Origin: Phoronis australis
Lineage: Eukaryota; Animalia; Phoronida
Direction of reading: 5' to 3'
Length of the DNA stretch: 64,000 bases
Assembly (NCBI GenBank): GCA_002633005.1
Contig: NMRA01000418.1
Span: forward strand, 245,173-309,172
Shown: piece after piece, positions 13,638-25,702 of the stretch
Numbering within the stretch: the stretch's first letter is position 1
How the letters are laid out: each line of letters opens with the position of its first letter
Program-made: the position numbers and the translations under genes
Notes under the pieces: generated by a model
Seen by the model: only the letters and a program-made list of their open reading frames with translations
Database searches by the model: none
Told to the model about the DNA's origin: nothing

Positions 13638-13651
13638 GTGAGACAAGGACT

Positions 13652-14125
13652 TTAAAGAATGCATCTACTATGTTAAATAGGCTGAAAACAAAATCTAATT
13701 AGGTGTTTTACTTTGATAAAACTGGCCACATTATATTACCTACCATGATGGAATTCTATTTTCGTTATCAGCATTTCAAGGAAACGTGCAAGTGTTTATT
13801 GAAGTTGACCAACCTTAAAATTGCGAAATCGAAACTGGCGTGTATTTACACGTACATGTAGACTGTTTGTGACTTGAGTTGGTAATTCATCAGTGAGATG
13901 AGCTGACAGCTGAAGCTTGTTGCAGTTTGCAGAATCGAGCATTGCATGTAAACAGACCGTGCGTGGTGGTGACAGCCTTTCAAACAGACACGCTTTCGAA
14001 AACGGAAACTCAAACCTCATATATTTTGCTCCATACACAGCGAGGGTCTTTAAACAGATCATTTTGTCAATTAGCGGTACCCGTTACCTTAAAAAGGGAA
14101 ACTGTCATCGAAGAAGTAAAAAAGT
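13652..14125 (+). repeat. Dispersed repeat, second copy at about 52008-52467
   Basis: Colinear similarity, e.g. tttattgaagttgaccaaccttaaaattgcgaaatcgaaa in both; both begin at TTAA. Confidence 0.8.
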
Positions 14126-17100
14126 GGGTTATTTTTGAAAAACGGACAATCTCCAGTTCATTTTTGGAAAGTTATGATGCCGTTATATGCGACTGATTAC
14201 ATCGACTGAAATTGAGCACACCCTGAATAAAGCTTCGTTATATCCATGAGCGTCAATAGTTATAGCTCAGTGGTTGCACCTCCATTACATGTACAACGTG
14301 TTCTCTGTGTCCGTCATACGGAATATCTTAAGGAAATCTAGAGATTTGCAAAATCACTCTAAAATGGTGTTTCCATAAAGTTTTATTTCAACATTTAACG
14401 GAACAGTGGATGCAACTGTTGAAGGAATATCAGTATAAACAGCAAATTACAAATAACCATTTAACAAAAACCTTTTAAAGTTAAAACTATAAAAATATTA
14501 AGCGAAGCCAACATAAAAAAACAAAAATTAGCATCAAACTAGAGGAACAACAAGCAAAAAGTAAATTCTAACAACATGTTCATCAAACAAGTAACATTTG
14601 AACATCATACCAACAAAAGATGACACGCTTGTGAAACAAATCCCTTTCACGAAAAACAAATATTGTTTTCTCAAAACACTACGTATTTTTCTCAACACAA
14701 GAAAACGATACGGTTTTAACAATGGAGACTTTCATTGTTGTGCTACTGTAAAAGAGTAAATCAAATGGAATGTGTAAATAAATAACAAGCAAAATAAATA
14801 GAGTAATATTCCAAAAAACAATAAACATCTTCATCAAACAAACAATGAACTAACATTATATCAACAAATGTGTGACGTTTGTAAAAACACAATACGATTT
14901 TCTAAATGTAAATATTACGTTCACAAAACAATTATAGGTATTTTGCTGAGCACTAGAATTTCATTACTGCATTAACATAAACGTACTCTACTGCCTGTCT
15001 TCGTGACAGTTGCGGACTATAAATGAGTTGTAATGACCAAGTAAATAACAAGCAAAACACAATCAATTCTAATAATTAATTAACACGTTCTACAACCAAC
15101 TAACCATTGAACACTTAAGGCATGTAAAAAATAAAACCTGGTTTATGAAAAACACATGCTAGGTTATCAAGTCATCACGCAACTGGAAAATTTGGCGGAG
15201 AATTGTAAAAAAATAATACAGTTTTAACGTTTTCTGTGTCGCGCAGGTTATGGCGTAGGAATGTTCAAAATGAAAAGTGCCTGCCCCTGATGACGTCAAG
15301 TCTTCAAAAGGTCGTGTAGGCCTTCACCGTTACAACAAAGGCTGCCCCGAGTACAATTTCGTTTGGAATGTCGTTGCGTCCAGCCGACACTGCAAGAAGA
15401 CGTCAATAGCATGTACATATACAATCATTTTTAAAATTTTGAATAAATTGTTTGCCTGGTAACCTCACACAGTGCTCAATGTTCTGAAAGGGCCCAGTCC
15501 AGCACCCATCCCAATACGATGCACATTAAAGAGCAGTGTGGGTTGGGTCAGATCCTTAGAATTAAAACGAATTTTGTTTGATGAAGATATTGAGGCGTTG
15601 TTCATTTTAATGATATGCTGTGAACTCCAGTAACCTGAAATAAACACTGGGTGATCATGAATGAAAATATTTTTTGACAAAGGCCAGTGGTTGAACAAGG
15701 TCAGAAGTGATGAGTTACTAGCAACTGCCGAACATCCAACAAGTTGTAGAGATACATGTACCTCAAGTGTGATAGGCTACCTGAACGAGGATGAAAGGCA
15801 CAAAAACTTATGGCAGCGTGCAGGCCAGACTTGCCCATTCAGCTATTGATTTAATAGGATATTGAGATATAATGTACAGTATAAGGATATAGTGTGTTGT
15901 TACGGCCAAATGTGAGGTACATGTACTTGAGGACAAAGTTCATGTTTTACAACAATGTCCTGTTTACCTCGAGCTTAGAACAGGTATGATCAATACTTTA
16001 AACGCACTGGAGAATATAGGACACTGTCAAGTGGAAAGTGCTCCGCTAAATCTTCACACGGGATATCAACATGTTCCAATGATAATGATGAAGAAGGCAA
16101 AACTTGATAGACTCGCAGATTGTTGTCAAGACCTACTTGTAAGAAGTAATACCGTTTGGTACTCATAATTTTAATTCTTCCTACTTGTAAGGTTTCTAAT
16201 ACATCTAGAAAGACACTGGCAGTGCATTGCATTCCTGAAAATGTTTGAAAAGAATAAAAATAAAATTGATCTACCTATCTGCCTTTTTTGTCCTCCATAA
16301 ATGTGAAAATTATGAAAAGATTGAAGGGGAAATTAGTTTAAGTAGATTGAATTTTATGTAATTATTGCGATATATATCATAACTTTGTTTAGAGACATCA
16401 GATATTCATTGGAGGCAGCAAAGTAATCTATTCTATAGCCAAGTTAACTTAAGATGTTCCTGAAAATTAANGAAGACATGTGTTCGCCGTGGTTTTGATG
16501 CCAAATATCTATTCTACTAAGATAGATCAAACCCATGATTAAGTTTCAAAGAGTAAAATTTGGCTTCAGCTGAGATTGACTCATTCAAACCTGGGCAAGT
16601 TATCCATGTTTTCTGCTTGTATGACCCCATGACCCTTCAAACCCCAAAATGTTGAATTTAAGGTGCAACTTGACACTTTTATTTTTCATTTTTAGGAAGA
16701 CAATGGATGACTTTATACAAAACAGTAGCTATTTCATTTTCTAGCAGCTTCTGTAATTTCCTACGTCACAAAAACTGTGATTATTGGGGTAAGTTCTGAT
16801 AGTGGTTTTCAGTGAAAACTGATGTACCCGACTTTTAAGCTACCTAACGCGATAGAATTTGTTTAAAGTGCATTTTATTAATTACCATAAGAAAGTAAAC
16901 AAAAATGCATAATATGATCCAAATCCGTCACATAGGGTTTATCACCCCTGCATGGATTTTTGCCTGGTCTGAAGTGTACTGCACTCTTAATAGGATATTG
17001 AGATATAATGTTCAGTATAAGGATATAGTGTGTTGTTACGGCCAAATGTGAGGTACATGTACTTGAGGACAAAGTTCATGTTTTACAACAATGTCCTGTT

Positions 17101-18517
17101 TACCTCGAGCTTAGAACAGGTATGATCAATACTTTAAACGCACTGGAGAATATAGGACACTGTCAAGTGGAAAGTGCTCCGCTAAATCTTCACACGGGAT
17201 ATCAACATGTTCCAATGATAATGATGAAGAAGGCAAAACTTGATAGACTCGCAGATTGTTGTCAAGACCTACTTGTAAGAAGTAATACCGTTTGGTACTC
17301 ATAATTTTAATTCTTCCTACTTGTAAGGTTTCTAATACATCTAGAAAGACACTGGCAGTGCATTGCATTCCTGAAAATGTTTGAAAAGAATAAAAATAAA
17401 ATTGATCTACCTATCTGCCTTTTTTGTCCTCCATAAATGTGAAAATTATGAAAAGATTGAAGGGGAAATTAGTTTAAGTAGATTGAATTTTATGTAATTA
17501 TTGCGATATATATCATAACTTTGTTTAGAGACATCAGATATTCATTGGAGGCAGCAAAGTAATCTATTCTATAGCCAAGTTAACTTAAGATGTTCCTGAA
17601 AATTAATTTTACACAATTTATATGGCCAAGGATACCCTTTCATTCGTCACATCTGTGCAAAGCCTCTCTGCAACACCAATTGCATGGTACACTGTTCTGA
17701 GTTAGTTATCATCTTCATTAGGTCACCAATAATGTCAATAATCTATTACGGTACTAAAAGCTGATATGCAAATTGGTCAGGCAAACCAAGGCTTATGCGT
17801 AGGCTCGATATCTAAGCATTCCCTTATTTTCATGGCCTGTCTTTGATGCTGACCAAACGTTCAACCCGACGAAAGCACACAAGATACTGTTGCGGCACGC
17901 TGCCTTGTGAGCATTATACAGCTTATTTCATAGCATAGTAGCTCTGCTTCTGCAAGGCGTAAATGTGAAATTCGAAGCGAAAGTATAAAACATTGAAGTA
18001 GGAATATATTAAAATTTAAAAACGGAAGCTTAATTAATCAAGACTATTGTCTTCGTATCGACAAGATTAGTAGTTGAAGAAAAAACGTTTTGGACTCAAC
18101 AAATCAGAGTAAAAACGAATGAAAACACATTTCGTATTCACTCAACGTTCAGGGTAAATGGACCTTCATAGGAAATGCCTTTTTGAGCATAAGCCTTTCA
18201 GCATTAGGGCACGGTACAATTTCGATTTCCCAATTCCTTAAACTACTTCGGCAACATATGAAAAATATGTTAGATAATGGTAAAATAGTTTGACGAGGCG
18301 TACGTGTAAAATAATGAGAAACTCCTTACACGCGTCTGCTGTTATTCATCAAACTGTCAACAGGACAGCTGACCAAGAAACATTGAGTTCATAGGAGAAG
18401 ATTTGCAGTTTGAAGTACTAAAATGCCTTGATAAGAAAATGTTATTAATGGTTCTCGTGAAAGTGGTATATTAGTGAACACAATTAATTTTTGAACTACA
18501 GAAAAATATCAACATAC

Positions 18518-18553
18518 CTCCACCACCTCCATTTGCAGTTGGCTTAATTGTAT
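18518..18553 (-). CDS. 36-nt tail microexon (DTIKPTANGGGG), copy in repeat unit A
   Basis: Identical to 22393-22428 with intact splice sites; whether it is used is unknown. Confidence 0.55.
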
Positions 18554-20340
18554 CTGTAAACCATAACTTAGTTTTACAAAAAGTATTCTAATACATGAAA
18601 CTTGAATCTCCACACAAATGGAAACCCAAGTGGTTAATCGTTACTGTTAGTAAATAACAAGAACAACGGGGAATACTAAAGTGCGTACAGGATTGCACCG
18701 CGAACGGTGTGCTTCTAGAGTACTAATTTATATCCGAAAATGACCACTGAATGACGCAAAATATTTCAATTTCATATGAAAATGGCAATATGTCATCGTT
18801 TCTTTAATAGAAAGCAGTTTCCCAAATTTCAGACAAAAACGGATAGAGTGTGTTGTTACGGCCAAATGTGAGGTAATTGAGGACAAAGTTCATGTTTTAC
18901 AACAATGTCCTGTTTACCTCGAGCTTAGATCAGATATGATCAATACTTTAAACGCACTGGAGAATATAGGACACTGTCAAGTGGAAAGTGCTCCGCTAAA
19001 TCTGCACACGGGATATCAACAATGTTCCAATGATAATGATGAAGAAGGCAAATTTTGATAGACTCGCAGATTGTTGCCAAGACCTACTTGGAAGAAGTAA
19101 TACCGTTTGATACTCATAATTTTAATTGTTCCTACTTGTAAGGTTTCTAAGACATCTAGAAAGACACTGGCAGTGCATTGCATTCTTGGAAATGTTTGAA
19201 AAGAATAAGAATAAAATTGATCTACCTATCTGCCTTCTTTTGTCCTCCAAAAATGTGAAAATTATGAAAAGATTGAAGGGGAAATTAGTTTAAGTAGATT
19301 GTATTTTATGTAACTATTTCGATATATATCATAACTTTGTTTATTATTAGAGACATCAGATATTCATTGGAGGCAGCAAAGTAATGTATTCTATAGCCAA
19401 GTTAACTTAAGATGTTCCTGAAAATTAATTTTGCACAATTTATATGGCCAAGGATACCCCTTCATTCGTCACATCAATGCAAGGCCTCTCTGCAACACCA
19501 ATTGCATGGCACACTGTTCTAAGTTAGTTATCATCTTCGTTAGTCACCAATAATGTCAATAATCTATTACGGTACTAAAAGCTGATATGCAAATTGGTCA
19601 GGCAAACCAAGGCTTATGCGTAGACTCGATATCTAAGCATTCCCTCATTTTCATGGACTGTCATTGATGCTGACCAAACGTTCAACCCGACGAAAGCACA
19701 CAAGATACTGTTGCGGCACGCTGCCTTGTGAGCATTATACGGCTTATTTCATAGCATAGTAGCTCTGCTTCTGCAAGGCGTAAATGTGAAATTCGAAGCG
19801 AAAGTATAAAACATTGAAGTAGGAATATATCAAAATTTAAAAACGGAAGCTTAATTAATCAAGACTATTGACTTCGTATCGACAAGAACAGTAGTTGAAG
19901 AGAAAACGTTTTGGACTCAACAAATCAGAGTAAAAACGAATGAAAACACATTTCGTATTGACTCAATATTCAGGGTAAATGCACATTGAAAGGAAATGCC
20001 TTTCTGAGCATAAGCTTTCAGCATTAGGGCACGGTACAATTTCGATTTCCCAATTCCTTAAACTATTTCGGCAACATATGAAAAATATATTAGATAATGC
20101 CAAAATAGTTTGACGAGGCCTATGTGTAAAATAATGAGAAACTCCTTTAAGTTACACGCGTCTGCTGTTATCCATAAAACTGACCACAGGACAGCTGACC
20201 AATAAACATTGAGTTCATAGGGGATTTGCAGTTTGAACTACTTAAATGCGATGATAAGAAAATGTTATTATTGGTTCTCATAAAAGTGGTATTTTAGTGA
20301 ACACAATTAATTTTTGAACTACAGAAAAATATCAACATAC

Positions 20341-20376
20341 CTCCACCACCTCCATTTGCAGTTGGCTTAATTGTAT
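20341..20376 (-). CDS. 36-nt tail microexon (DTIKPTANGGGG), copy in repeat unit B
   Basis: Identical to 22393-22428 with intact cag / gtatgt sites; whether it is used is unknown. Confidence 0.55.
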
Positions 20377-21573
20377 CTGTAAACCATAACTTAGTTTTAC
20401 AAGAAGTATTCTAATACATGATACTTGAATCTCCACACAAATGGAAACCCAGGTGGCAAATCGTTACTGTTAGTAAATAACAAAAACAATAGAGAATGCT
20501 AAAATGCATACAGGAATGCACCGCGAACGGTGTGCTTCTAGGGTACTACTTTATATCCGAAAATGAGCACTGGATAACGCAAAATATTTCGATTCCATCT
20601 GAAAATGGCAATATGTCATCGTTTCTTTGATAGAAAGCAGTTTCATAAATTTCAAACAAATAAGGATAGAGTGTGTTGTTACGGCCAAATGTGAGGTACT
20701 TGAGGACAAAGTTCATGTTTTACAACAATGTCCTGTTTACCTCGAGCTTAGATCAGGTATGATCAATACTTTAAACGCACTGGAGAATATAAGACACTGT
20801 CAAGTGGAAAGTGCTCCGCTAAATCTGCCCCGGGATATCAACAATGTTCCAATGACAATGATGAAGAAGGCAAATTTAAATTTGATAAACTCGCTGATTA
20901 TTGCCAAGACCTGCTTATAAAAAGTAATACCGTTTGATACTCATCATTTTAATTGTTCTTACTTGTAAGGTTTCTAATACATCCAGAAAGACACTGGTAG
21001 TGTATTGTATTCCTGAAAATGTTTAAAAGGAATAAAAATAAAATTGATCTACCTATATGCCTTCTTCTGTCCTCAATAAATGTGAAAATTAGTAGAAGAT
21101 TGAAGGGGAAATTAGTTTAAGTAGATTGTATTGATGTAACTATTGAGATATATGTCATGACTTTGTTTAGAGACATCAGATATTCATCGGAGGCAGCAAA
21201 GTAATGTATTCTATAGCCAAGTTAATTTACGATGTTACTGAAAATTAATTTTGCATAATTTATATGGCCAAGGATACCCTTTCATTCGTCACATCTGTGA
21301 ATATAAAGCATCTCTGCAACACCAATTGCATGGTACACTGTTCTGAGTTAGTTATCACCTTCATCAGGTCACCAATAATGTCATTAACCTATTACGGTAA
21401 TCAAAGCTGATATGCAAATTGGTCAGGCAAACCAAGGCTTATGCGTAGGCTCGATATTTAAGCATTCCCTTATTTTCATGGCCTGTCATTGATGCTGACC
21501 AAACGTTCAACCCGACAAAAGCACACAAAATACAGTTGCGGCACGCTGTCTTGTGAGCATTATACAGCTTATT

Positions 21574-21593
21574 TCATAGCATACATGATGGAC
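21574..21593 (-). CDS. Proximal terminal coding exon GPSCML* (or a 9-nt internal exon if the gtatgc donor is used)
   Basis: Pyrimidine-rich acceptor tttaatttttccttgtcag|GT CCA TCA TGT ATG CTA TGA. Differs from the 7136-7155 copy only at two synonymous third positions. The spliced CDS 52+357+324+36+36+20 = 825 nt closes in frame (274 aa). Confidence 0.6.
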
Positions 21594-22392
21594 CTGACAA
21601 GGAAAAATTAAAGATGGTAAACCAGCAGAATGATATTGAGAGATGAAGTCAATCTCTTTACAAAACGAAAAGTCAACCGTAAAAATTTTTAGACAAGTAC
21701 TGATGATGAAGTCACCTTAGAAGCAAACAGTACATCAAACCACGCAAAACTTTCACTGACCAGTGTTTGGTGCTAAGCTCATCAGGCGAATTATGAGAGT
21801 TATTGAAGTCTAAAGTAGCTAAGTTTCTGCAAGGCGTAAATGTGAAAGTCGAAGTGAAAGTAGAAAACATTGAAGTAGGAATATATCAAAATTTAAAAAG
21901 GAAAGCTTAATTAATCAAGACTATTGTCTTCGTATCGACAAGTACAGTAGTTTAAGAGAACACGTTTTGGACTAAACAAATCAGAGTATTAACGAATGAA
22001 CACATTTCGTATCCACTCAATGTTCAGGGTAAATGGACCTCTATAGGAAATGCCTTTCTGAGCATAACCCTTTCAGAATTAGGGCACGGTACAATTTCGA
22101 TTTCCCAATTCCTTAAACTATTTCGGCAACATATGAAAAATATGTTAGATAATAGCAAAATAGTTTGACGAGGCCTACGTGTAAAATAATGAGACGCTCC
22201 TTACACGCGTCTGCTGTTATTCATCAAACTGACCACAGGACAGCTGACCAAGAAACATTGAGTTCATAGGATAAGATTTGCAGTTTGAAGTACTAAAATG
22301 CTTTGATAAGAAAATGTTATTATTGGTTCTTGTGAAAGTGGTATATTAGTGAACACAATTAATTTTTGAACTACAGAAAAATATCAACATAC

Positions 22393-22428
22393 CTCCACCA
22401 CCTCCATTTGCAGTTGGCTTAATTGTAT
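22393..22428 (-). CDS. 36-nt tail microexon (DTIKPTANGGGG), copy in repeat unit C
   Basis: ttacag|ATACAATTAAGCCAACTGCAAATGGAGGTGGTGGAG|gtatgt; phase 1-1. Confidence 0.76.
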
Positions 22429-24639
22429 CTGTAAACCATAACTTAGTTTTATAAGAAGTATTCTAATACAAGATACTTGAATCTCCACACAAATGGAAAC
22501 CCAAGTGGCAAATCGTTACTGTTAGTAAATAACAAGAACAACAGGGAATGCTAAAATGCATACAGGAATGCACCGCGAACGGTGTGCTTCTAAGGTACTA
22601 ATTTATATCCGAAAATGACCACTGGATGACGCAAAATATTTCGAATCCATCTGAAAATGGCAATATGCCATCGTTTCTTTAATAGAAAGCAGTTTCCCAA
22701 ATTTCAAACAAATAAGGATAGAGTGTGTTGTTACGGCCAAATGTGAGGTATTTCAGGACAAAGTTCATGTTTTACAACAATGTCCTGTTTACCTCGAGCT
22801 TAGATCAGGTACGATCAATACTTAAAACGCACTGGAGAATATAGGACACTGTCAAGTGGAAAGTGCTCCGCTAAATCTGCCTCCGCGATATCAACAATGT
22901 TCCAATGATAATGATGAAGAAGGCAAATTTAAACTTGATAAACTCGCTGATTATTACCAAGACCTGCTTATAAAAAGTAATACCGTTTGATACTCATCAT
23001 TTTAATTGTTCTTGCAGTTTCCCAAATTTCAAACAAATTCGTCAACGAACTTGAGATAAACGGAAAAAAACGGAAAAAAATGAAATTGCCACCACAGACC
23101 GCAGATGTTGGATCCGTCTGAAAGTTGTTGTCCGTTGTCAACGTCATAAAAATACACTTGCTAAACTTAACAAAGATCCTGCAGTGGGCCAAGGAGATAC
23201 AGCCATGGAAGTAAGAAACACAAAACTGCCCCTAGGAGGCGCCACATCAGTCGAAGTCCTCGGAAATCATCAAATGTCTTCTTCATACTAAGAACATATG
23301 AGCCAATTTCACAAACACGCTTAAAAGGGGACTAAAGTCAAAATAATGTTGCAGTTAAACGGTTCTAACATACAGATAAAACTCACATTTGCCTGGCTTG
23401 CGTTCCAAGCAATGCCGATTTGTATTCATGGTCACTGAATTCTGAAAGCGTTCGCTGATTGGCTGATGTGTCAGTGACGTGAATGGCGGGGTATCGGCTG
23501 CTTTTCACACCCATTGCTTATGTCATACATGTATGGACTAGTTTCTATAAGTACGCTTTGTAACCAATTCCATGCCTCAGGGCAGGAGTAGCCACGTTAG
23601 CAAATTTTTATGTACCGTTTATCAATATTGTTGCATCTGATTTCCCTACATGAATCTGTAAATATTTTTGTTTTTATATATATGTAATAGCATGTCTAAG
23701 TATTGGAATACTTATTTTAGATACTACTTAATTGTATATACCTCTATGTATATAAGTTTCAATTATGAATTGTTTACAACCCAGATATAATGCTTCGCGG
23801 TTTCTGGGTTTGTTATTATTTCTTTGTATGTTCTGTGTATCCTTCAATAAATATATATCACAGTGAAAAAAAAAGTAGTCACCGATAAGTAGATCTAAGA
23901 AAGTGTGAAAGTTGTTTAGGACACTCCGGCGATACAACATCTGATAAACTATGAGAAATGTGGATTGTAGTCTTGCTTTCACAATTTGAAAAATGAGAGC
24001 CAACCTTCAAACGTATTATTATAACATCAACAAAATATTATTTGTCTTTGCTTTAATAGCCATAGAAATTTCCGAGTACACACGCATTACACTGAAATCA
24101 ACGAAAAGACAATTCTCACACACAGAAACACAACGTCTTTTTGAACTTAAGGACTCTTCTGTACGCACATGTAGGACTTCAATGCACAGTCTATTCTGTT
24201 TTCCAAATTCGTTGCTACATATTCACAACATTTTGAAAAATGCAATCAAAAAGGTCAAAATACATGTAGTTTGGCATAAGGCTGTGCCGTACAACTGATG
24301 CCCTGCTGCATTAATAGAAGAGATCAAAGTGTACCATTTCATCAGGAAAAAGTGAGTTCAAACAAGACGGTTTTAAGCTGGGAACAACAATGAATTCCCT
24401 TAAACGAAAATGATGCGATTGACGCGGCGTATTGTCTATCTATTCTAACGTTAAAGAGTTCCCACCATGACCTGAAGTAGGCCTTTAGTAGAACTGTTGC
24501 AAAGAAACAAGCAAATTTTTATTAAAAAGTATTTTTCTGTTATTAGGCTGTACTTAATGGGTTGAAGCTCGTCTCCGCCGTTGTTTTTAATAGAACGACA
24601 CTGAGGATAGTAAGAAAGTCTGCAGAGAGTCTCTTTTTC

Positions 24640-24881
24640 AGACATGAAAAGTTGCAAAAAGGTTACATCTTGACCGAGGACGTACATGTGTTCCGATTTC
24701 CTAAAGACGTGAGAGTTGCACAGAAATAACATCGAGTTTTGCACCGAACGAGGGCGTGGACTGATAGTTGGGAGCATTCCACTCGGTCAGGAGCCACACC
24801 TAATGTTCTGCATATTTCAGTCTAGGAATCATGCTTCAACCGAACACAGAAGTGGCATTATGATGAAGGACTTGCCATCAT
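24640..24881 (+). pseudogene. Highly degenerate THAP-domain relic (duplicate at about 10190-10427)
   Basis: VFRFPKD ... HL.CSAYF ... SCFN across frameshifts, ending at a gtaagt donor. Confidence 0.55.
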
Positions 24882-25561
24882 GTAAGTGTATTTCTTAATT
24901 TATACATAACTGACAAATTGCTTCCATTCTAAGGTGAGTGACGCCAGCCCCTGGACCCGGGATCAGAAGGAGTGCTACGACACGTAGGCTGATGCATTGC
25001 TTTTTGACCCTGCTAACAGGCAACAGTGAATACAAGTGACCAAGGTTTAATGTGACACAGTAGGAGTGTTGACCACTTTTTGGCTCCACTTGATTGAGGC
25101 TCACTTATGTCTTCAGCATTTATCATGTAATTGGGTCAAGTTTGCATGGCCTTAAAGTCGACGAAAGCTTGCAATAAAGTTGCAAATCGAATGGGCTGTC
25201 TGATTCTTCCAGCATTTGAGTGTGATGCCCGTATCTACTCTCCTTTCTGTCTGCATAATAGTTGCCTAATTCTCACTCAAAATCGTCCTCGTCTTCTGAT
25301 GTGCTGTGTTCTGCCAGTAGTGCAATTGACTTTCAAGTGATCAAATATATCCCACACATTACATCATATGGTGGCAAATTTTGAAAAAATAAACTGTTCT
25401 TCAAAATTAAAATATCACGACCATTTGGCATAAAAAGAGTTATTTAGTTAGATTTGATGGCATTCCTTTTCATGTTAGAAAACTGAAACCTCAAAAAATA
25501 AGGTTATGTATTGTAGGAACTCTTTAGGTTAATTTTAAATTTGAGAAATATATTGACATAC

Positions 25562-25597
25562 CTCCACCTTCTACACTTCCTGTTGGCATACTAGTCT
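25562..25597 (-). CDS. IgSF gene A, 36-nt tail microexon (ETSMPTGSVEGG)
   Basis: ttgcag|AGACTAGTATGCCAACAGGAAGTGTAGAAGGTGGAG|gtatgt; phase 1-1, in frame with the C2 exon; homologous to the other 36-nt exons. Confidence 0.78.
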
Positions 25598-25702
25598 CTG
25601 CAACATATATTAATTAAGTTTTGGAATTTTTAAGCGTTCATATCTGTGAGCAGCAGTTGGTGCACGAAAAAAATAAAGATGCAAGATGCGAAAAGAGCCT
25701 GT

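Larger units (their letters stand above)
17021..23013. repeat. Tandem array of about 1.8-2.05 kb units (starts at 17021, 18841, 20664, partial 22716), each full unit carrying one microexon
   Basis: Anchor ggat(a/g)agtgtgttgttacggccaaatgtgagg recurs at spacings of 1820, 1823 and 2052 bp. Units differ by many substitutions and indels. Confidence 0.95.

Noticed and set aside
18917-18956. 39-nt ag...gt candidate exon repeated in each tandem unit
   Set aside because: It contains a stop in the phase needed to join the phase-1 exons.
15986-20920. Repeated ORF MINTLNALENIGHCQVESAPLNL...
   Set aside because: Frame and length are not conserved between units; it recurs only because the DNA is repeated.
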